64,000 nucleotides of DNA from Candidatus Egerieisoma sp. (GTDB lineage Bacteria > Bacteroidota > Bacteroidia > Bacteroidales > UBA932): NCBI GenBank assembly GCA_045592325.1, contig JAZNUM010000058.1, positions 834-64,833 on the forward strand, given 5' to 3'. The position numbers and the translations under genes were made by a program. Below the pieces are notes generated by a model. It was not told the origin of the DNA, did not search any database, and saw only the letters and a list, made by a program, of their open reading frames with translations. Positions 20,728 to 29,456 of this stretch are shown here, in pieces (position 1 is the stretch's first letter; every line of letters starts with the position of its first letter).

Positions 20728-22755
20728 CTACTGTTCTTCCTCTATACAATATTTCTTTATTACATTATATGCATCATGGACACCCAACTCTCCTGCCTTG
20801 CTCAAATCAATACACCCCTTCTCTTTATCCTTGAGATAAATCAGGACAAGCCCCCTGTTAAAATAGGCCTGACCCATTGCAGGATAAAGTTCAAGCGCCT
20901 TCGTATATTGGTTGATTGCTTCAGGAAGATCGCTTGAAAGGCAATAAAGATTACCCAAATTGTAATATGTAAACGGCAACTCAGGCATCAGTTTGGAAGC
21001 CTTGGTCATATCATGTATTGCAGGGGTATAGTCATAATTCATGGAATTACGTTCCTTGACTCTGGCACGTGCTGCTCCGGAATTGTCCAATGTAAGTATC
21101 TGCACATTGTTTTCCATTGATGATATGAAATCAATCATCTCCGCTTGCAGGGCACCCCTGTTTATATAATAGAATGTCTGCTCAGGTTCATTCTTGATGG
21201 CCTGTGTATAATTCTCAAGCGCTGAGTTGTATCTGTTGTCATTGCCGTCCACAATTGCCTTGGCAAAATACAGGCGCGCAATATCAGAACCGCTTTCGCC
21301 TTTGGCTTCCTTTCCCCTCAATTCCTCCATAATGTCGGCAATCCTGGTACCATAACCAAACTTGTCCAATTCAACTGTCTCCTTCCTGGCTTCCAACTCT
21401 ACCGGCACAGGCATTTGTCCTATGAATTCATCAACTTTCCTGTCTTCCCACTTTTCTTCCAATGCTATCCTCATATTTGACGCATTGCTGAGATTGAATT
21501 TGAACAAAGGCTTGAGCCTGATGTCCACATCCCTGTGCTGCAACAGTTCATTGTCAAAATCCTTCTTCGCAAAATCTGCATCAAGAGCAAGCAGACTGTC
21601 ATATTTTTTGGTTGTATCTGCAAATGCCACCCTTCCAAGACTGTCTCCAGTCCTCATCTTATACTCCTGTATCTTCTGTTGGGCAATCTGGGCATCCTTT
21701 CTGGCCGATGTAAACTGTCCTATCTGATTCTTTGCATATGAACGGTTCATATAGGCTTTGGCAAAGTCGGGATAAAGATTGATTGCCTTGGAATAATCAT
21801 CCATTGCATCCCGGAACCTTCCCATCTCCATAAAGACTCCCGCTCTGTTGAAATATGCAAGCACATTATTGGGATTTACTGCAATTACACGGTCATAGTC
21901 ATCCAAAGCATTGTTATAATCTCCTATCTGGGCCCTTATTATGGCCCTGTTGTACAATGTAAGTGCATTGCCGGGCTCATGTTCCAGCACTGTATTCAAA
22001 TCCTCCAGAGCACCCTGTATCTGCTGCTTGTCGTACCGTATGAGGGCCCTGTTGAAAAAGGCAAACGTATTGAGTGTATCCAGTTCTATTGCAGTGTCAA
22101 GATCCTTCAATGCTTCATCAAAATTCTCCTGCATTGCATAAATCCTGGAACGTCTGACATATCCCTCAGGATCAAATGTATTTATCTTTATTGCCTTGTT
22201 GTAGTCGGCCAGCGCTTTTGTTGTATCCCCCAGATACAAATAACATGCGCCACGATTGAGGTATGCATCAGCCGCTTTAGGTTCTGCCTTTATGAAACGG
22301 TTGAAATCCTTCACGGCCTTGTCAAACTGCTGAGAGAGGAAATATGTTACTCCCCTGCTGAAATACAGGCCGGTATAACTGGGCCTCAAATCCACAGCCT
22401 CTGCCAGATCCTTAAGCGCCCTGTCATATTTGCCTGTACGGCTCAGGGTAATTGCCCTGTAATGGTATGCAGGAGTATAGATTGGATTGAGCCTCAATGA
22501 AGTATTGAAGTCTTTCTCAGCCCCAATAAAATCTCCCAGGTTATATTTTGCTATTCCTCTGAAAAAATAGGCGTCAAAAAGGGTACTGTCCAATCTGGCA
22601 AGTTTGTTGAAATTCTCAATGGCATTGGCATATTTGCCATCTATAAGCATCTGACGCCCACGCGCAAAAAATTGGTCTATATCATATTGTGCATTTGCCG
22701 CTAAAGAGAGCAACAGCAAGACAAGCACCGCAAATAATTTTCTAAAACTTCTCAT
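20728..22755 (-). CDS. tetratricopeptide-repeat protein
   Basis: Signal-like N-terminus followed by many TPR units (AxxxFxxAIxLxPxxxxAYxNRG). Start taken at MRSFRKLF. Confidence 0.8.
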   Translation of the reverse strand: MRSFRKLFAVLVLLLLSLAANAQYDIDQFFARGRQMLIDGKYANAIENFNKLARLDSTLFDAYFFRGIAKYNLGDFIGAEKDFNTSLRLNPIYTPAYHYRAITLSRTGKYDRALKDLAEAVDLRPSYTGLYFSRGVTYFLSQQFDKAVKDFNRFIKAEPKAADAYLNRGACYLYLGDTTKALADYNKAIKINTFDPEGYVRRSRIYAMQENFDEALKDLDTAIELDTLNTFAFFNRALIRYDKQQIQGALEDLNTVLEHEPGNALTLYNRAIIRAQIGDYNNALDDYDRVIAVNPNNVLAYFNRAGVFMEMGRFRDAMDDYSKAINLYPDFAKAYMNRSYAKNQIGQFTSARKDAQIAQQKIQEYKMRTGDSLGRVAFADTTKKYDSLLALDADFAKKDFDNELLQHRDVDIRLKPLFKFNLSNASNMRIALEEKWEDRKVDEFIGQMPVPVELEARKETVELDKFGYGTRIADIMEELRGKEAKGESGSDIARLYFAKAIVDGNDNRYNSALENYTQAIKNEPEQTFYYINRGALQAEMIDFISSMENNVQILTLDNSGAARARVKERNSMNYDYTPAIHDMTKASKLMPELPFTYYNLGNLYCLSSDLPEAINQYTKALELYPAMGQAYFNRGLVLIYLKDKEKGCIDLSKAGELGVHDAYNVIKKYCIEEEQ

Positions 22756-22827
22756 ACAACCTACAAAAGTACACAAAAAGGCTCACTATTCAAATAGTGA
22801 GCCAAATCTTGCATACTCCCGACAATC

Positions 22828-24132
<1,305 letters not shown>

Positions 24133-24188
24133 TCAGAATTTTATATGGATAGAACACCTGAACCTCCCGATTGTTCAACGGCGGGCTG

Positions 24189-25157
24189 TCATTCAACAAG
24201 CCACAGGAATCTGTATATTAACTCTATCCGCCTGAGCAGAACATCCAGATTAAGATTCTGCAAGGAATCACCCTCCTTGTTTGTAAGTTTTGTTATTCCC
24301 GACGTAAACAGCAATGCCGGCACATCCCTTTCCGTAAAACTCTGCTGGTCCGAGAGTTTATAGAAAATATCATAGAATTCCCTGCTTCCGTAATAAGAAT
24401 AATCCAACTGCAAATCCAACCCGAAATAACTGTTTGCAAAATCAAGTTGTTCCTCCTGCCAACCTTGAAGTTTATCACTTCCCAGAACCAGCAGATACCC
24501 TTCTTTTTTTTCCACTGGTGCAAGTGTGCTTCCCATCTGGTCCAGATTCAGCATAAATGTTGTCCTTGCCGGATATGACGTAAAATGCGATGCAAAATAT
24601 CTGCTTCCCTGCAGATTGAGATTATTGGCATCAAAAGCCACAAACACAATATTGTGGTTAAGGTCCCCTCTCTCACCATACCTCTTCCCGAAAGCCTTTG
24701 CCAACTCAAGCAAAGCAGCCACACCTGAAGCATTGTCATCTGCACCGGGATATACTTTTCCGTCTATTTTCCCCAAATGGTCAAAATGGGCACCCACCAC
24801 TATATAATCTGCATTTTTCTTTTTTGCAGGAAGATAACCCACTACATTATACCCTTTGCCTTTGCCCTTGCTGAGATTGAACGGTTGCAGGAAACTCACA
24901 CTCCTGAGCGGTTGCAGCCCGTACTTCTCAAACTCCCCGGCAATATAATCGGCCACCTGCTTTGCCTGCGGCGTACCGGCAGCCCTCCCTGCAATCTCCT
25001 CCGAAGTGAGAAACTCCAGATGCCTTTGCAACCCCTCCTTAGAGAGAAGGTACCTGTATGCAGATGAAGAGTGCACCTGAGCTTGCAGCTGTGATATGGT
25101 TACAAATGCAACAACTGCACACATCAAAAATAATTTATGGATTTTGACTGAATTCAT
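24189..25157 (-). CDS. M28 family metallopeptidase
   Basis: Signal peptide. VVGAHFDHLG...GADDNASGVAALLE are M28 zinc-ligand motifs. Confidence 0.85.
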   Translation of the reverse strand: MNSVKIHKLFLMCAVVAFVTISQLQAQVHSSSAYRYLLSKEGLQRHLEFLTSEEIAGRAAGTPQAKQVADYIAGEFEKYGLQPLRSVSFLQPFNLSKGKGKGYNVVGYLPAKKKNADYIVVGAHFDHLGKIDGKVYPGADDNASGVAALLELAKAFGKRYGERGDLNHNIVFVAFDANNLNLQGSRYFASHFTSYPARTTFMLNLDQMGSTLAPVEKKEGYLLVLGSDKLQGWQEEQLDFANSYFGLDLQLDYSYYGSREFYDIFYKLSDQQSFTERDVPALLFTSGITKLTNKEGDSLQNLNLDVLLRRIELIYRFLWLVE

Positions 25158-25170
25158 CGGGAAGAATATA

Positions 25171-26304
25171 TTATAAATTGTGCCTCATTGCCAGCCACAT
25201 GGAATAAAAACGGTTTGTTATAAAATAACTGCCATTCATACTTGAAATGGTTTCCTCTTCTGCCAAAGGTTTCAATGCACCCTGCACGGCACTGGCACTG
25301 CGGAGGTTGTATTTTTTTATGAAATCAACACTTGTGGGAGATGATGTCTTCCCTTCCTTTGCCAATGCATACAGCAGTTCCTTCTGCCGTTCAGATACGC
25401 CCATATATATCTCCTGGAATATTGGAGCAAAAATATCTATGATATAGTTGATTGCACAATTGGCATCCCCAATGGTCAATGTTCTTCCGTCATACATTTC
25501 AAAAAGCCTGTTGAAAACATATTGTACAAACCATGTATGTCCCTCAAACATTTCATAAACATAATTGACAGCCTCCTTTTGTATCTGCCTGTTGTTTGCA
25601 TTGAAATGCTTCAATACAAAATCTGCATATTTTTCCTTCTCTATTGCCTCCAGCGTAATGGGACTGCAACTCATAAAAAAGGGCTCTGATGGGGTATGGA
25701 ATAATTTTCCCATCATACGTCTGTTGCTGCCTGCAAAGATAAAACGTGTCCTTTTGCACCCCTGTACAAAAGTCCGTAAAGTGGCAATATCCTTTTTGGC
25801 ATTACCATACTCCGCAATCTGCTGAAACTCATCAATTGCAACAATACATGGCTTTTCCGCCCCCTCCAGGAACTCAAACAATTGTTCCAGAGTCTTTGAA
25901 GAAAACTTTGCATCTGTTAAAGAAAACTCCATTTCGGGTTGGCCTGTAAGTGGATTCTGTGCAAATCCTATTTTTACCGAATTTACAATTGAAACAAATT
26001 TTTCAAAAAATCTTTCCCCCTTATGCTGCAACCTGGCAGTAATCTCCTTGCTCAACTTGAGTACAAACTCTTCCAGACTTGAAGTATCGTATATATCTAT
26101 AAAGAACGTTTCATATTTTTCCTTTATGACATCCTTATTGAAAACATGGTATATCAAACCTGACTTGCCCATTCTCCGGAGAGAGATTATGACTGTATTC
26201 CTCCAGTTCTCAATATTTGAGACAAGTTCTCCAGTCTCCTTTTCCCTGTCACAAAAGAATTCAGGCGCCACATACCTTCCCGTTATAATGAATGGATTGT
26301 TCAT
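25171..26304 (-). CDS. ATP-binding protein (archaeal-type AAA ATPase / DUF234-like)
   Basis: FCDREKETGEL...ISLRRMGKSGL (Walker A-like) and VAIDEFQ (Walker B) fit the Arch_ATPase family layout. Confidence 0.65.
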   Translation of the reverse strand: MNNPFIITGRYVAPEFFCDREKETGELVSNIENWRNTVIISLRRMGKSGLIYHVFNKDVIKEKYETFFIDIYDTSSLEEFVLKLSKEITARLQHKGERFFEKFVSIVNSVKIGFAQNPLTGQPEMEFSLTDAKFSSKTLEQLFEFLEGAEKPCIVAIDEFQQIAEYGNAKKDIATLRTFVQGCKRTRFIFAGSNRRMMGKLFHTPSEPFFMSCSPITLEAIEKEKYADFVLKHFNANNRQIQKEAVNYVYEMFEGHTWFVQYVFNRLFEMYDGRTLTIGDANCAINYIIDIFAPIFQEIYMGVSERQKELLYALAKEGKTSSPTSVDFIKKYNLRSASAVQGALKPLAEEETISSMNGSYFITNRFYSMWLAMRHNL

Positions 26305-26415
26305 ATTTAATTAATGTATTTACGCAGACAAAGATAATTATAAGTTTTATTATTATAACTTTTTTAATAATTATTTTTATTATAAATTTGTTCCCGATAG
26401 AATCTATATAATGGC

Positions 26416-27093
26416 ATGAAAAGGAAAAAAGGGAAAAGATATTCAAAACTGCTCAGGTGGATACTGCTGTACATCCCTCTGTGGTTTATAGGGATTACTG
26501 TTTCCTGGGTGGTGCTGCTCAAGTGGGTTCCAGTGTATTACACCCCACTTATGGCAGTAAGGAGTTGGGAGTTCCGCAATGATTCCACCTACCACACATA
26601 TAAAACATGGAAACCTCTTGAGAAGATCTCCACAAATATGGCAAAGGCTGTGGTTGCCAGTGAAGATGCCCGGTTCTACACCCACAACGGATTTGACTGG
26701 ATAGAGATTGAAAAGGCGGTTAAGGAGCACCAGAGGGGAAAAAAGCTCCGCGGAGCCAGTACAATAAGCCAGCAGACCGCCAAGAATGTATTCCTCTTTC
26801 CCGGACGCAGTTGGATAAGAAAAGGATTTGAGGTATATTTCACATTTCTGATAGAAAAAATATGGGGCAAGGAGCGGATTCTTGAAGTCTATCTCAATGT
26901 GGCTGAAATGGGACGGGGTATCTTTGGAGCCGAGGCAGCCGCCGAACGTCTTTTCAACACCCGGGCAAGCAAATTGTCTTCCCGGCAGTCTGCCCTCATC
27001 GCCGCCTGCCTCCCCAATCCTCTGCAACGCAAAGCCAACAAGCCCACCCCGTATCTCCTCAAACGGGCTGGGGAAATTGAGCGCAATTTTTAA
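26416..27093 (+). CDS. mtgA: monofunctional peptidoglycan glycosyltransferase
   Basis: AVVASEDARFYTHNGFDW...GASTISQQTAKNVFL...RILEVYLNVAEMG are GT51 motifs. 225 aa with one TM segment. Confidence 0.9.
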   Translation: MKRKKGKRYSKLLRWILLYIPLWFIGITVSWVVLLKWVPVYYTPLMAVRSWEFRNDSTYHTYKTWKPLEKISTNMAKAVVASEDARFYTHNGFDWIEIEKAVKEHQRGKKLRGASTISQQTAKNVFLFPGRSWIRKGFEVYFTFLIEKIWGKERILEVYLNVAEMGRGIFGAEAAAERLFNTRASKLSSRQSALIAACLPNPLQRKANKPTPYLLKRAGEIERNF

Positions 27094-27211
27094 TCACGTC
27101 GCAATTTTGTACAATTAACTCATTGACAGCAAATTAAAAAAAAGAGGTATTACTACCTCTTTTTTTTAATTATCTAATAATCTGCTAATTGCACAAAATT
27201 GCGACGTGATT
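27092..27211. repeat. 26-bp inverted repeat (25/26 match) bracketing the intergenic terminator
   Basis: AATCACGTCGCAATTTTGTACAATTA at 27092-27117 pairs with TAATTGCACAAAATTGCGACGTGATT at 27186-27211. The left arm overlaps the mtgA stop codon and the right arm abuts the converging gene's stop. Confidence 0.85.
27136..27167. terminator. bidirectional intrinsic terminator
   Basis: A8-AGAGGTA-TTAC-TACCTCT-T8. Confidence 0.85.
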
Positions 27212-29242
27212 TTACCAAATATTAATACGCTCAGCAGGAGCCATCCACATTGGGTCTCCCTCCTGGATGCCGAATGCGTCATACCAGGCCTGGATATTTC
27301 TCAAGGCACCGTTTACACGCCATTTGCCCAATGAGTGTACATCGGTTTTGGTTCTGCGCAGGATTTCCTGAGGGCGTACATTCTGGGCCCAAAGGTTTGC
27401 ATAGCCAAGGAAGAAGCGCTGGTTGTGGTTGAAGCCGTCTATATCAGCAGGAGTCTCCTTGCCTTTGAGAGTATTAAGGTATGCCTGGTGTGAGATAAGC
27501 AATCCTCCCTGGTCTGCAATGTTCTCGCCAAGGGTATATGCTCCGTCTGCATGTACAGTATCAATTACAATAATCTTGTTGTACTGCTCTACAAGCACCT
27601 GAGCCTTCTCATTGAACTTGGCAGCATCCTCTTCTGTCCACCATGCGCTTATGTTTCCGTCTTTGTCATAGTTGCGGCCCTGGTCATCAAAGCCGTGGGT
27701 CATCTCATGGCCAATAACCACACCAATACCGCCATAGTTTACAGCATCATCAGCATCAGGGTTGAAGAAAGGAGGCTGAAGGATCGCTGCAGGGAAACAG
27801 ATCTCATTGGTTGTAGGGTTATAGTATGCGTTAACTGTCTGAGGGCTCATTCCCCACTCTGTGCGGTCAACAGGCTGTCCCTCATCCTTCATCATATCCT
27901 TGTGGCGGAACTCGCTTGCACGGCACATGTTTGCCCAGTATGAATCATTCTTAATGTCAAGGGCAGAGTAATCTTTCCATTTGTCGGGATAACCCACCTT
28001 TACAATGAAAGTTCCGAGTTTCTCGTGAGCCTTGGCCTTTGTCTCTTCGCTCATCCACTCCAATGCAGAGATTCTCTCTCCAAGTGCCGCCTGAAGGTTA
28101 GAAACCATCTCAACCATCTTCTCCTTTGACGATGCAGGGAAATATTTTTCAACGTATTTCTGGCCAAGGGCCTCAGACAAAGTGCGGTTTACAACAGATA
28201 GAGAGCGTTTCCAAAGGGGCTGCAACATCTCACGTCCCTGAACGGTCTTACCAAAGAACTCAAAGTTTGCATTTACAAAATCATCGCTCAGATAGTTTGA
28301 AGCAGAATTGAGAAGTTTGAACAGCATATACTCCTTCTGGGTCTCCAAAGGGACATTCTTAAGAAGTTTTGTAAGTCCCGCAAAGAACGGAACCTGGCTT
28401 GCATTGAGTTCAGTTGATGATTTTACCCCTACTTCCTTGAAATATACATCCCAGTTGATGAAATTGTATTTCTTTACAAACTCCTTCACCGGCATCTTGT
28501 TGTAGTTCTTGTGCACATCCCTCAATGTTGCCCTGTCAACAGAAACCTTTGCGATCTCAGTCTCAAGATCAAGCACAGCCTTAACGGAAGCTGCCGCATC
28601 CTCTGCCGAATATCCTGCCAACATGAACAGTTTGTTCATATACTCCTTGTAGGCATTGCGGATCTTTACAGAGGTTTCATCATCCAAAAGGTAATAATCC
28701 CTGTCTCCCATAGAGAGGCCTCCCTGTGAGAACTGCAACAGGTTCATCATGCTGTTCTTCTCATCGGCGCCAATGTACATTCCAAAGTATGATCTGATAC
28801 CCTGAGTCTGGAGTTTACCAAGCATTGCAGAGAACTCATCCTTATCCTTAACCCCTTTGATTGCAGCAATCTGCTCCATAACCGGGGCTGCGCCCTCTGC
28901 ATTGCGTTTTGCTGTATCAAGGCCAAGTGCATACATAATCTGTATCTTCTCACCCACGCTGCCTGCCTCCTGCGGAACAGCATTCACCTCTTCAATCAAA
29001 GCCCTGAGCCTCTCTTGGTTCTCTTTGTCCAACTGGTCAAAAATTCCGTAACGCGCATACTCCGGAGTAAGCGGGTTAGCAGCCATCCAGCCGCCACAGG
29101 CATACTGGTAGAAATCTTCACCGGCAGAAACGGTATTGTCAAAATTTGCAAGGTCTATTGCAGGTTTTCCTGCATCCTTGCTCTGGGTACAAGCGGCAAA
29201 TGCCATTGCCGCAACACCAAGTGCCATAAATAATTTTTTCAT
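27212..29242 (-). CDS. M13 family metallopeptidase (PepO/neprilysin-like) lipoprotein
   Basis: Lipobox AFAAC. VIGHEMTHGFD (HExxH), NAYY and GENIADQGG are M13 motifs. C-terminal W. Confidence 0.9.
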   Translation of the reverse strand: MKKLFMALGVAAMAFAACTQSKDAGKPAIDLANFDNTVSAGEDFYQYACGGWMAANPLTPEYARYGIFDQLDKENQERLRALIEEVNAVPQEAGSVGEKIQIMYALGLDTAKRNAEGAAPVMEQIAAIKGVKDKDEFSAMLGKLQTQGIRSYFGMYIGADEKNSMMNLLQFSQGGLSMGDRDYYLLDDETSVKIRNAYKEYMNKLFMLAGYSAEDAAASVKAVLDLETEIAKVSVDRATLRDVHKNYNKMPVKEFVKKYNFINWDVYFKEVGVKSSTELNASQVPFFAGLTKLLKNVPLETQKEYMLFKLLNSASNYLSDDFVNANFEFFGKTVQGREMLQPLWKRSLSVVNRTLSEALGQKYVEKYFPASSKEKMVEMVSNLQAALGERISALEWMSEETKAKAHEKLGTFIVKVGYPDKWKDYSALDIKNDSYWANMCRASEFRHKDMMKDEGQPVDRTEWGMSPQTVNAYYNPTTNEICFPAAILQPPFFNPDADDAVNYGGIGVVIGHEMTHGFDDQGRNYDKDGNISAWWTEEDAAKFNEKAQVLVEQYNKIIVIDTVHADGAYTLGENIADQGGLLISHQAYLNTLKGKETPADIDGFNHNQRFFLGYANLWAQNVRPQEILRRTKTDVHSLGKWRVNGALRNIQAWYDAFGIQEGDPMWMAPAERINIW

Positions 29243-29284
29243 CTTATTGTTAAGTTAAATAATTTCTTCTTCCCGACAGATTAT

Positions 29285-29410
29285 CTCTGTTGTGATGAGA
29301 TTTATGCAACGGGGACGACGCAGTCTCCTCTGCTTCGTCATCGCTACGCGATAACTCGCAACCGTCGAATGAGGTCACCATCGCTTAAACCTCATCACAA
29401 CCGTTGCCAG
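29285..29410. other. GC-rich, highly self-complementary non-coding element (candidate structured RNA)
   Basis: An 11-bp perfect outer stem pairs 29289-29299 with 29391-29401. It encloses at least two local hairpins and several mutually exclusive pairings. No plausible ORF. Confidence 0.3.
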
Positions 29411-29424
29411 TTCATGTCCAGACC

Positions 29425-29448
29425 AAAAAATTCTCCAATCAGGGGAGA
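29425..29448 (-). terminator. intrinsic terminator of uvrA
   Basis: On the minus strand, a TCTCC-(7 nt)-GGAGA hairpin is followed by ATTTTTT. Confidence 0.6.
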
Positions 29449-29456
29449 TTGCAATA

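Noticed and set aside
26443-27027. 194-aa minus-strand ORF.
   Set aside because: It is antisense to mtgA, which carries clear GT51 motifs.
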